A stretch of 64,000 nucleotides of DNA. It comes from Takakia lepidozioides. Lineage: Eukaryota > Plantae > Bryophyta. The notes below the pieces were generated by a model, which was not told the DNA's origin, ran no database searches, and was given only the letters and a program-made list of their open reading frames with translations. The translations under genes were made by a program, and so were the position numbers. Location of the stretch: positions 82,770,001 through 82,834,000 of the forward strand of contig CM060731.1 of NCBI GenBank assembly GCA_030704615.1. Reading direction: 5' to 3'. Shown piece by piece: positions 39,543-51,394 of this stretch. How positions within the stretch are numbered: position 1 is the first letter of the stretch; each line of letters opens with the position of its first letter.

Positions 39543-40091
39543 CTTGAAAAAGAGTAGCGGAGTACGCTCAATGACAGCAGCTCCCGGATGGAGGAGGAGC
39601 ACCGCGGTGGCTGGAAAAAGTTCAAGCTAACGCTGCAATTCCTCACAAACACTCCAGGGCACATTTAAATTTCCCCCCTACAGGATCCTGGACCGATGAA
39701 GATTGGCTGCTGCATGAATGTAGCCGTTTCAGTTTCCTACCCTGCCATGCAAACTATGGGCACTCACTGCCAGGTGGGCCGATAGCCACTGGACACGACG
39801 AAGTCCATCCCCTCTTCGATGTAAATGCGGCGCCGAATTTCCATCCGGGGGGATGGACTTCGGTGGCAGATCTCAAACTATAACTTGTTGATGAGAAAGA
39901 TGTATGGGTTCATCCACCGCTGGCGTGATGAACACGTTCCACCTCCGTCGGTGGGTACGTGTGACCCAGATGCTCCATTATTGGAGGCCGGACTGCTCTT
40001 CCGCTTCGTATCATTTCCAAAATCTAAGGGCTTCGTAGCTGTCCGCAAGGTCATCGGCATCCAAGTCGTCCTCAGGTCCTCCTTTGCAAGG

Positions 40092-40654
40092 ATGCGTGCT
40101 TCCGGAACCGGGACGACTGCCCCTTTGGAGGCATCGATTATGCAATGTATTCGGCCACATCGGGAGACATTGTTATCTGGTACACAGATTACAGAGAAGA
40201 TACTGGTTCGATTGTGGAAACATTGGTGGCTTTTGAGTATATCGTAGGCCACTACGCCTTCGAGCGGGGTGACGATCTTGGTCTGAGGAGTCCGTGGCTC
40301 CTGCGCATCCTCGATTCCGATTTTCCCAGCTACGACGGTCACCCATGCAGAAGAAGGCGCACTGCTATGCTGTTGCGGTGGAACTGCTGCCACTGGACGT
40401 GGGTGGACTCCATCGGAGAGACCTATTCTCCTCGAGGAGTGCGCTCCTCTTCTCCATTGTATGGGGACATTCGCATTGGTGTGGACGACGAAAACGTGAA
40501 GATTTCCATATTCGATGGTGGTATGATTGAAGGGCAGGACATTGTGGTGAACATCACTAGGGGCGGTACAACGGCTGCAATCGACTTTACATGGAGGAGC
40601 CCCATGACTCATGAGCTAGTTCTGAGAGCAGTCGAAGTCCCATTGACAACGTGA
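40092..40654 (+). CDS. Orphan transposon protein B, paralog of A (1-nt indel after the likely ATG)
   Basis: CFRNRDDCPFGGIDYAMYS...RWNCCHWT...YGDIR...DGGMIEGQDIVV...ELVLRAVEVP. Confidence 0.65.
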
Positions 40655-43600
40655 CTTGTATTCAGTAGGCACAGGGCTCAAGATTTGATGGCACAATCAG
40701 CACAGTAGACGTGCTTCAAATGCAATTCATGTGGATCAATAAAAACCTCATTGTGCCCTCTTTTTATTCTATTCTGTGTCCATCGTTCCGAGAATGCGTC
40801 ATTGCTCATTTCGTTTGGGATTGGGAGTGTGGGTGGATTTTGCAAATGGCTGGTAGGCTGAAATGGGCCCCCATTGTACAGAGCAGTACCACCCTACCAT
40901 TCGCGAAACATTGCCTTTCAATATATAATTCTAAATAACATTGCCGAACCTCCTTCATCGGGACGTCCTTCTCCCCCTATGACCGTGGCACCCTAAACCC
41001 TATTCCCGCGGACACTCATTTCCGGAAAATAGTGCTGCTCATGTTTTTTTCCACACTTACGACTCTGCTCATGGCTCATGCCGCTCATGGCTCATGGCTC
41101 ATGAAATAGCAGCCCCCCCCCGTGGCCTTTGGGGCTGTGATGGGCTGTGAGGGGCTGTGACGGGCTGTGAGGGGCTGTGCTGGGCTGCGCCGGTGGCCTT
41201 CGGGGCTGTGAGGGGCTGTGAGGGGCTGTGCGTAGTGGCCTGTGGGGCTGTGACGGGCTGTGCCCAGTGGCCTGTGGGGCTGTGACGGGCTGTGCGGGGC
41301 TGTGACAGGCTGTGGTGGGCTGTGCCCTGTGGCCTGTGGGGCTGTGACGGGATGTGACAGGCTGTGGCGAGCTGTGACGGGCTATGAGGGGCTGTGACAG
41401 GCTGTGCCCAGTGGCCAGTGGGACTGTGACGGATGTGACCAGTGAGCTGTGTGGGCCTGTGCTGGTCTGTGGTGGCCCGTGTTGACCTGTGGACGGCCTG
41501 TGCTGACTCGTGGAGGCACTGGTGGACTGCCTAAGGACTGGCATGTGGTCTTGAAGGCCAAATTTTGAAGCTCGTGGAGGGCGGTTTGAGGAGTATCTTC
41601 ATGATATTCCCATGGTCATGCAAGTGAGGGAAGAGAGGAGAGGAAGAGTGTTGGGATGAGGGCATGTTGGGGTTAGGCATTGCTTTAGCTTCTCTTCCAC
41701 CCTCTCATTAGGCCAAGACCTTTCCGTAGGTGGAGGCAAGAGTCAGTCCGGGTTTGGGCTGGGGTATCATTGCAGGAGCAAAACCGTGGAGTTGTTTTTG
41801 GTGTGGGGGAGTTGTCGCTCTGATTTCTTGTGTTTGGATCCCCTCCATACATGCATGCTTGACTGTGCGCCATGCTAGTTTTGTGTAGGCGCTTGTTTTT
41901 ATAGGTGATTGGTCTGGATTTGATCACCGGCCAGTCCTAGAGCATGTTGTCGATGGTGAGATTGGGGTGATGACCAGCCAGACCATCATTAGTTCTCCTG
42001 TGGTGAGGTTGGAGGTAATGACCAGCCAACCATAGGAGTGCTTGCGGTGGATGCAGGTACAGGTGTAGGCTATGTTAGGAACTTAGTATTCCAAACCATA
42101 AGCCGCAACAAGTTCTCTACCCGGTTACCTTGTGGAGAGGGGGTTAGGGACATGTTCATGACCGGTTGAGTGTCAACACGGAGGTGCCACTAGTTGCTAA
42201 GGACAGTGCCGGTTCGAGCACTAGCGATACTAGTGGGTACATGAGACGAGGTGTGTGGTTTAGGCCACCTTCACCTCCTGTGTCTTCTACGGAAGGTTCT
42301 GATTCGGATTGTGAATCAGGAGGACTCATACCGGCGGTGCAAGTTGTTTCTTTGCCATTGTTGTGGGACACAATGGAGGAGATGTATGGAGCTACCAAGG
42401 GGCCACGAAGGAACTCTGGGGCGGTGGGCACCATCGAGTTGGATGATTTTATCCAAGAGTTTGATAGTTGGTGTGATTTGCAGCAAATGCGCAATCCACA
42501 ACTATTTACGCCTTTCATGGCATGGAAGGGGCTGTTTCAGCACCTTGAGGGGCCGCCTATGGATGATTACCATGAGTTCAGGCGGGGGCATGAGGTTGAG
42601 ATCGAGGAGTGGAGGATGTACTGGTCACCCGACTATGTCTCCATCACTAGGGGCACTAGAGCCACGAGGGCAGTGGCTACACCTGCCGCTGCACCGGCAG
42701 CTTCAGCAAGTAGCAGTGGGACTAGTGGAACTGGTGGTACAGTAGCTACGACGTCCACCCAAGCCACTACCGCACCAGCACTAGCACCCGTGCATGCCTT
42801 CAACCCTGTTGTGGAGTTCTTCGAAGAGTTGAGAGGGAACTACCAAGGGGTGAAGACAGAGAAGTTGCGGAGCCTGCAAGAGTTCCAACGGAAGCCGACC
42901 GAGAGCTTGAGGGAGGCTTTCACTCGCATGAGGCGCTTGATAAATGTAACCCAAGGGGTTACGGAAGCTCAGGCAGTCCAATTCTGGTATGGGATATTGG
43001 ACAAGGAGCTGAGGAGAAGGGTGCGGGATGCAACTCTCCTACAAGCAGCCCAACCCACCTTAGCAAATGTGTTTTTGCTGGCAGAGCGGATAGAGCTCAA
43101 CATGGTGGAGGAACGAGTGGTCATGGTGGGATTTGCTAAGGAGACGCCACGGGGTAGTGGTGCTCCTAGCCAACCACTACCTCAACGTGCTCAAGGCAAC
43201 AAGGGGGCTCAGGTGAAGCTTAGGGAAGGCAGAGAGGACCTCAGATGCAGGGTCTCTCCCTTCATTTGCTGGCCAACAACAGGCAGATGTGGTGTGCTGG
43301 ACATGTGGAGGACCCCATGTCAAGAAGGATTGCCCAGAGGGAGGCAAAGGGTCGGCACATGCACAGCCTGCACAGTTGCAGTGTGGGTATTGTGGCAAGC
43401 ACGGGCATGGAGAGGCCCAGTGTTATGGTTTGCATCCTGAGTTGCGCCCAGGCCAGTTCCAAGGGAACAATGGTGGCCGGGGGCGAGGTGGAGCAGCCCA
43501 GAGAGGACGAGGTGGCCAGCCACGAGGTGCAGGCCAAGGGCAAGCTCAACGTGGCCAAGGACGCGGAGGTCAGGGTGTTGAAGAAGGCATGGCCAACCGG

Positions 43601-45059
43601 CTTCAGCAGCTAGAGCAGAGGCTCGCTGCCATGGCTACAGCTCAGGTGGTACCGGCTCTAAGGCCGGATGGTCCACCTCCTGCTCCTAAGGGAGGAGATA
43701 TGGGAGGCATGGGATTCATGTGTGGAGCAGCACTACCACTAGTGCAGGTGGAGTCTGCTGCAGCCGTGACTCGAGGAGCAGCACGAGTTCCTGAGCCACG
43801 AGGTGCAGAGGTGGAGTTGGATCCACAGCGTGGGGAGGCAAGCCGTCAGCTAGGCTTCCTCAGTCATTCACATTGGCAGAGACAGTGTCGACGCCATCCA
43901 TGGCACCTAGTTCTCGCCCGACGGTTACCGAGGCGGAGGTTACTATGCCATTGGGGAGAGCTACACGGGTAGCACCACTACCTAGTGTTGCCAAGGCTAC
44001 GGCAGCTAGTGTGCTGCTAGGAGCGGCCACATCTGTGTACCAGGCTCCATTATTCTCGGCTACCATGATTGCGACGCCGGGGGTAAAACCAGCTGAGGTG
44101 TTTAGGCTGGCAACTACACTCTGTGAGAGTGGGGAGGTTATTTCATCTTCTGCGGAGATAGTGGGAGGTGTAGTGTCGGAGGGATCCTCGGATTTGAGGG
44201 TCAAGACTGCCACGGCGGCGCCATGGCAAGCTGCAGCTGCCAGGTTGATGGAGCTGCGCCATGGTGACACCTGGAGTTGTCATGTTAGACAACCAGGATG
44301 GCATTTTCTGTTTGAGTGGACCGGCAGGCAAGAGGTACCGGCCACTGCGGGTCTTGTTGGACTCGGGAGCTCAGCCATTGATGCTGGGCAGAGCTGCTAT
44401 TGCAGGCTTGGGCCTCACGGAGGCGGATATAGAGCCTTGTCCTTTCCAGATACAGACGTCTCTGGGAGGATCGAAGCAGGCTCGGGGCATGACACGGCGT
44501 GAGTTGGCTATCAGACTACGGCCGGATCACCGTACAGATGGCTCAGTGATGCGAGCCAAGGCCATTGTGACAGACGCAGTCTCATACGATGTCCTGGTTG
44601 GTGGGGCAGTGTTGTACCCCATGGGCTTCACCCTGGGATTTTGGGAGGAGTCAGCTTCCTATAGGCTGCATGGCAGTCAGGGGAGGGCCGGCGTGTGCAG
44701 CTCCCTGTGACGTTCATAGGAAGAGTTGCGGTTGCCCAGCGAGGCAAGATGCCGACACTAGCAGCATTCACAGCGGCAGTGAGTTGGCCTAGAGAGTTGC
44801 TTGAGGGCAACGCTCATTCAGAGGATGTGCCACCTCCGGGAGAGCAGGATGACATGTATGGTATGGCGGAGTTGCCTACCATGGTTGCTCAGACTCCATT
44901 GTGGGGCACGAGCAAGGATTTGCAGCGGGATGCTGATCGACGGGTGCAACAAGCCTGGGTGGAGGCTTTTGTACCGTCAGGAGAGGAGGAGAGTGCGGGG
45001 ATTGCACCAGGACCACCTCAGTTGTCTCCATTGGGCACCACACCTATTGTGTGGCAGTA

Positions 45060-46010
45060 TCCGGATGAAGGCATTTGTCTTCTGGACTTGTTTGGCGGGA
45101 TCAGCACCGGATTGGCTGCTATGTTACAGGCAGGTGTACGAGTTCGGCGTTACCTGTATGTGGAGAGGGATGAGACTGCACGACGCATTTCACTTCGCCA
45201 TGTTGCTCAATTGGTGCAGCGGTACCCTGAGTTGTTGTCAGTGTCTGCAATTCGTGGATATCATCAGGCCTTGCCAGCAGACATTTCGTTGCTGGGGCGC
45301 AGGATTTGGAGCGGGTTGGCTCCATTGATCTGGTAGTGGTAGGTTGGCCCTGCCAAGGGCATTCATCAGCCGGGCATGGCAATGGATTGCGAGACTCGAG
45401 GTCGGGTCTGTTTTGGGAGATGGTACGGGTTTTGCGCCACTTGTAGCTTCATCAAGCTGTATCTCCAGCATACATCTTGGAGAATGTGCCACTGATGGGC
45501 GATTCTCGGGCCAGGGTGATGGCCAGTGTGCATCAAGTCCGGTCGTGGCTTGGGTCAGCAGTGTTGCTAGATGCAGCTACAGTGGGGTCACGGGCTCATC
45601 GTCCACGGCTATGGTGGACTAACTTGATGCCACCCGCACTGCTCAAGCGTGCATTTGATGGGGTGCAGCGGCCAGCACATCTCACAGTGGATAGCATTCT
45701 GGACACAGGGAGGCAGTCTCAGCGTGTGAGACACGATGACCGTTCGCCTCTAGTAGTGGTCAACAAGGTGGGTCAACCACGAGCAGCATTACCTACACTG
45801 CTCAGCTTCCCAGGATCGCATGCTTTCCAGGATAGTGGACCTGGCCTCCTGTGGGATGCTCTGTTGCAGCAATTAGTGGAGCCTAATGCTGACGAGCGTG
45901 AGCGGGCAATGGGTTTTACCACTGGTACCACGGCGGTGTCGTCTCTTTCTAAGGCATCACGTCGTCAAGTGTTGGGGCAAGCAATGGATCTCAATTGCTT
46001 GACCTGGATT
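45060..46010 (+). CDS. C5-cytosine DNA methyltransferase domain (DNMT3-like) within the Gypsy pol
   Basis: Motif I LDLFGGIST; II YVERD; IV IDLVVVGWPCQG (PC 45348-45353); VI YILENV (45480); VIII SRAHRPRLWWTNL; IX ERERAMGF; X RRQVLGQAMD. Confidence 0.92.
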
Positions 46011-49000
46011 ATCAGCTTGGCTCTAGCTGAGCAACGCAGAGTGCGGAGTACACTTCCCTTGATGGTCTCTCTACCTACCGAGATGGTACAGGTAGTGAGT
46101 GGGGGCGAGCATGTGAGGACCATGGGGTGCATGCATCCATGGCACACGTGGGAGGTGCTCGAGGTTCAGAGGGAGTTGGCAGCCAAGGCGGCTGTGATGG
46201 ATGAGGTTGGGGATTCTTCTCGGGTTGAGGAGGTCCTCAAGGATGAGATGATGGGGCAGGATGAGGCCTTGTCATTGACTGAGCAGGCAGGGAGTACTGC
46301 TCAAGAGGTTGCACAATATAGCAACCACTGGACGCGTCCTCTATCCTCTAAGCCCACTGGACTTAAGGTTGCAGTTACGGAGGACAATTGGAGCCTGACA
46401 TTGGACCCATTGTCACCGGAGGAGAGAGACGACGTATACGGCGGTTCCTGAGGGCTTACAGGAATTGCTTTGCCTTCAGTTTGAAGGACTTGGGAGCACT
46501 GAAGGGTCAAGAGATCCGTATTGAGTTGGCCACTGACACGCCAATCTTTCGGAGACCCTATAGATACAGTGACATGGAGAGGTCTTTGATTCAGATGAGG
46601 ACTCAAGATCTCTGGGAGGCAGGTTTGGTGGAGCTCTCTGGTGGAGAGTATGCTTCAGCCACAGTGATGCCAGCAAGAAGGATGTCTATGGCAATTGGAC
46701 GGAGAGACGTATGTGCGGTGATTACCGGCCTGTAAATCGTCAGACCAAGTCCGATAAGTATGCCATGCCAACACCAGAGGAGATCTTTGATGCCATGGGC
46801 ATGCTAAGGCCTTTGGCACTTTGGATTTACGATCCGGATATCACCAGTTGCCAATCAAGGAGGCGGACAAGCAGAAGACGACATTGGGGGATCAATGAGC
46901 ACGGCAAGGATTGCCTATATCAGTGGCGGTTCTTACCATTTGGGCTTAAGAATGCTCCTGCAGAGTTTCAGAGAGTCATGGATAAGATTCTAGCAGGGGT
47001 GGACTTTGCTCGGTGCTACATAGATGACATCATCATCTTTAGTGTTACGATGGAGGAGCATGAGAGACACCTTCAGGTGGTTATTGAGCTCTTGAGAGCG
47101 CACGGATTGAAGTTGATCCGGGGAAGTGCAAGTTTTTCCACAACCAGATGAGTATCTGGGTCACATGATATTCCTGGAGGATTGGGGTACAGCAGAATAG
47201 GTAGAGGCCATTGCACAAATTCCACGCCCCATGATGTGAGCGAGTTGAGCTTTCATGGGTGTTGAAAACTATTATAGACGGTTTGTCAAGGGATTTAGAC
47301 CATTGCAAAGGCTCTAACCAAGCTGACCAGGTGGACCAGGAGTGGCAGTGGGAAGATGAGCAGGAACGAGCTTTTCAAGAGCTCAAGCGAGGTTGACCTC
47401 GGCGCCTATCCTGAGACGACATATCAGGGGGCGTCCCTTTCAGCTGCATACGGATTAGAGCTTGGGGCTTGGAGCAGTGCCCACAGGTGGATGATGAGGG
47501 AAGAGAGTTTGTAGTGGATTATGCTAGCCGCTCGAACAACGTGCAGAGGCTAAGTATAGCTCATTATAGGGAGAGTGCTTAGCTGTAGTGTGGGCCGGGC
47601 ACACTTCAGGTGCTATCTATACGGGCAATCTTTTCACCCTTGTCACGGATCACCAACCACTCAGTGGTTGATGGAGTTAGACAAGCCTCTCGGAGAGCTT
47701 GCACGGTGGGCACTCATACTCCAGGAGTATGACTTTCAGGTTGTGCATCGACCGGGTTGGTCAATCGGGATGCAGATGGATTGAGTCGCAATCCATGCAT
47801 GAGCCAGCAGGATGACACTGGAGCTCGGTGGCATGGTGAGACGGACGAAGGAGATGGTGCCGGGATGGCACGCATCTGCATTTTTGTGTATCTTGGCATC
47901 GGAAGGTCAGGTTGGACCTACAACAGGGATGACTGTAGACGGAGTGTCTGAGGACCCTGAGGCTAGTGATGAGCCAGGTGGTGCCAGAGATATATAGATT
48001 GGCTGTGTTGGGACTACCTCCGCACGGGGAGACACGGCAGCCACTGTGACTGCCAGGGAGAGGGATCGGATCCTGAACGAGCCAAGAGGTTCAAGTGGGA
48101 GGGGATACACCTACTTCGAGTGTGGGAGGATGGTCGGGTGAGGATTGTGCCTCACCCCACACAGCGTGCACGGTTAGTGCGGCATGCCATGAGGAGTTGG
48201 GGCATTTTGGAGTGCGACGCACTCACAGTTACTACAGGGCAATATTGGTGGCGTGGTATGCATACAGAGGTGGCAACAGTTCGTGGCTAGGTGCATGGTG
48301 TGTGACAGGGTGCGTGCTTCATTCAACGCCCCTACACCACAGTTGATCCTTTACCAATCATGGGATTGGGCTACAGGTGGAGTCTTGACTTCGCAGGACC
48401 GTTGCCATGACTATGCGCCACCACAGATGTGTTGGTGATGGTGGAGCACTTCTCCAAGTGGATTGAGTGGTTCCATTGCCTGACAAAGCTAGTGAGGGGG
48501 CTGGTATGCATTCTTGGATCGTGTGCTGTAGCCGATTTGGTGCTCCAGCTGAGGTACTCACGGACCAAGGGAGAGAGTTCTTGGGGGGAGTTCAGGCTTT
48601 GTGTGATAAAGCCTTGATAGACCACCGCACCACTTCTCGGGATCATCCTGAGCCGATGGCTAGCAGAGAGAGTTGTTCAGACGGTGAAGAGGGGTTTGCG
48701 CAAGTATGGCTTGCAGAAGGGACACCTAGGAGATTGGGATCTTCAGGTCATTGGTTAGCCATGGGCTACAGGTTCAGCAAACAAAGCATCACTTGCCTCC
48801 TTCTCACCATATTTCCTTCTCTTTGGCCGAGAGCCGGATTTGCCTGCAGCCATTGTAGGGACACTGCTCAAATCCTTAACCTTGACGATCCGGACGTGTG
48901 GGTACGTGCATGTGATCAGCGTGCAGAGTTGTTCAAGAAAGTCATGCCCATGGCTTTTGAGAACCTTGCCATTGCACAACACCGTGATACATTGAGGTAT

Positions 49001-49263
49001 GCCACTATACGTGGTGGGGATATCGTCCTGGGTTTGGAGGTTAGCCCTGGTGACTATGTTTATTTGCAGCAGACTGCTCCTACGACTCTGGATGTTACTG
49101 CAGGGGTGTTATTCTGAGGGTTCGAGAGGTGTTGCCCTCAGGGGTCCTGATCTTGGAGGGTCGGGATGTATGACTTGGAGGACCATGTGCGTAATTGTGC
49201 GCCATGTCACCTTCCCAATGTCGATGGCAGAGTTGACCCAAATTGGCAGTGGTACCTGCAGGT

Positions 49264-49410
49264 TTGAGGTGCATGCTCTGTGGGTCTGCCAAAGGGGCAG
49301 CCACCATGCTGGTGTGTGATCGATGCTCAAGGGGTTGGCATATGGGATGCTTGACACCACCTCTTGAGAAGGTTCCTGACGGAGATTGGTTGTGTCCCAC
49401 ACTGCTGGGA
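49264..49410 (+). CDS. PHD finger at the integrase C-terminus
   Basis: CMLCGSAKGAATMLVCDRCSRGWHMGCLTPPLEKVPDGDWLCPHC is a Cys4-His-Cys3 finger. Confidence 0.9.
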
Positions 49411-50148
49411 TAGTGGCAGTGGACATGACTGGAGGCAGCTAACAAGACATGGGAGGCCAAGCTCATAGGAGTCAATACATGAGATCCCAAGCTCAAGTCA
49501 CAGGTTGCAAGACGGCGACGCACCCGGACTCTTGATCTATCGAGTTTGAGTGTAGTAGGGATATGGTGGAGGACTTAGTGAGGCTATGGTCACTATCACA
49601 TCTTGTGGCTACCTGGACTTAGAGGGACCTAAGCACAGTAGGGGGGCGATTGTGTGGACTAGTGACTGCCATAGTGGGCAGTCATAATGGCAGCCTAGTG
49701 ACTGACTGTTGTAGCTAGTGGTTGGGACTAGTGGTGGACTAGTGGTGGCTAGTGGTATACTAGTGTGTGGTGTGCACATGTGTCTTGTGTTTGGACAGCG
49801 ATGTAGTTGTGTATGATATGTATGCGCACGACAGCGTCAAGTTATTTTACCACTAGTGTGAAACTAGCTAGGAAATAGCTAGCTTTTCATATGACATTGG
49901 GATTGGCCCAAGTGTCAATCTAGGGGTCAAGGCAGATTTAGGCCCTGGGTGGTTATCTTCAACGGCAAGCGCGGCTCGTGCTCATCTTTCCGAGTTGATC
50001 CTCACTTGCGCCTAGCTATGGCGCCGTAGTGGGATTCCCCATGGCGGGGGTGCACTTGGCTTGAATTGTTAGTTGAGTGATGAGGTTAATATGCATGAGT
50101 TTATGCTCAGCTTTGTGAGCTCGTTTGTATTCTATTCTTCTTTATCAT

Positions 50149-50333
50149 TGTGTGGACTAGTGACTGCCATAGTGGGCAGCATAGTGGCAGCCTAGTGACT
50201 GACTAGTTGTAGCCTAGTGGTTGGACTAGTGGCTGGACTAGTGGTGGACTAGTGGTATACTAGTGTGTGTGTGCACATGTGTTTGTGGTGGTTTTGGACA
50301 GCGATGTAGTTGTGTATGATATGTATCGCACGA
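50149..50333 (+). mobile_element. Tandem 5' half of a second LTR abutting the 3' LTR
   Basis: TTTATCA-T-TGTGTGGACTAG junction; matches 49651-49832 up to CGCACGAC. Confidence 0.85.
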
Positions 50334-50618
50334 CTCGACTTCCGCGGATTAAGTCTTCTAACGTGGGAAACATTGCTGACATGGCGTCAACGACGCAATG
50401 GGGCAATGAGCCTTGGCGTGTGAGCCGCGCGCGTACACTCACGCATGAGTGACATGGCGTGAGCCTGCACCCAAGCTGACGTGGATGAGATGATGTCAGC
50501 AGGCGATGTGGCGGCAAATGATGATGTGGCCATCTGCGCCACAGCAGGCGATGTGGCGGCATTGTAAAGGGATGATGTGTATACGTGAGAGCATGCTGAA
50601 AGGGATGATGCGCCCCCC
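50334..50618. mobile_element. Possible opposite terminus of the GGGGGGC-ended DNA transposon family
   Basis: Ends GATGATGCGCCCCCC and has GATGTGGC subterminal repeats; only weak similarity to the other terminus; no matching TSD. Confidence 0.35.
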
Positions 50619-50932
50619 ATCCTTATAACTGGTAGCGTTTAAGCTTGTAGTGATGTGTGGCAAGCATGTGTTGTTTCTTGCACAGAGAACCTGTCTTTCT
50701 CACCTCCTATGTAGTTTCCTGGATGGCCTAGACCACAATGTCAACCTCTTAATTAGTGGAATTCTGGTGCTTATCAGGGCAAGAAATTCTCACATCAGTA
50801 TGCTCAGATCTGAAACAGTTGCAAAGATGGTATGGCTGCAGAGATCGGGATAGGGTCGACAACAGCACCTAAGAGGAGGCTCTGTCTGCAAGTTTGAACA
50901 GAACCCAGGACTGGAGTTGAATGTGCAAAGTG

Positions 50933-51394
50933 TCACAGGTGAAATGGGAATTGCCGGGGATCACTGAAATTGCTCTTTAAGTTCATCCATCTGCACTTCA
51001 AGAACGAGGGAAACAGGGTATCACCACCCACGGGAGGTATGAGCTTGCCGCTCAGGATTGTGCCCAAGGGCGGTGTCTCAATGAAAGTGACGTCGGTGTG
51101 CCACTTATCATTGTCTGGGGGGTGATCACCGTCAGAATCCAGTACCATGATTTCCTCTAACTCGGGGCCTAAGTTTGGGTAGATTGGATGTATGTGCAAA
51201 TCACCGAAACGCTTGGCGAAGGCGTGCTGTTGGTGTGGAGTGATCGGCTGGTTGCGGAAGAAGAGCACCTGATACTGAAGTAAGGCGTCGTTGATGGCTG
51301 CCTGCTCTGCATCCTGCAACGGTTCCGCCAGAGAAATGCCTTCGACCACGGCGCCGATGGCCCTCGTGAGTGGAGTGATTTGCAGAGTACTCAT
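50933..51394 (-). pseudogene. tauD: Taurine dioxygenase (TauD)-like, bacterial type, 3'-truncated
   Basis: MSTLQITPL..QVLFFRNQ..RFGDLHIHP..PPDNDKWHTDVTFIETPP..GGDTL closely parallels proteobacterial TauD; similarity stops after GGDTL (~51015). Confidence 0.85.

Larger units (their letters stand above)
27203..41118. mobile_element. Large (>13.9 kb) MULE-like DNA transposon, element 2, left end lost
   Basis: Contains a transposase, palindrome arrays, the ParB-MTase gene and two orphan ORFs; terminus GCTCATGAAATAGCAGCCCCCC at 41097-41118. Confidence 0.82.
41122..50147 (+). mobile_element. Ty3/Gypsy copy 2: leader, gag, PR, C5-DNMT, RT, RNase H, integrase, PHD, PPT, 3' LTR
   Basis: Gag CCHC knuckles; protease LLDSGA (~44355); RT MCGDYRPVN..PFGLKNAP..YIDD (~47017); RNase H ..ADGLSR; integrase VLTDQGREF; PPT GGGGGG 49641; LTR 49651-50147 (TG...CA); many 1-nt frameshifts. 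Confidence 0.95.

Noticed and set aside
17452-41118. One 23.7-kb element bounded by TIRs at 17452 and 41118
   Set aside because: Both ends lie 3' of their own MTase gene, so they are the same end of two oppositely oriented elements; there is no shared TSD.
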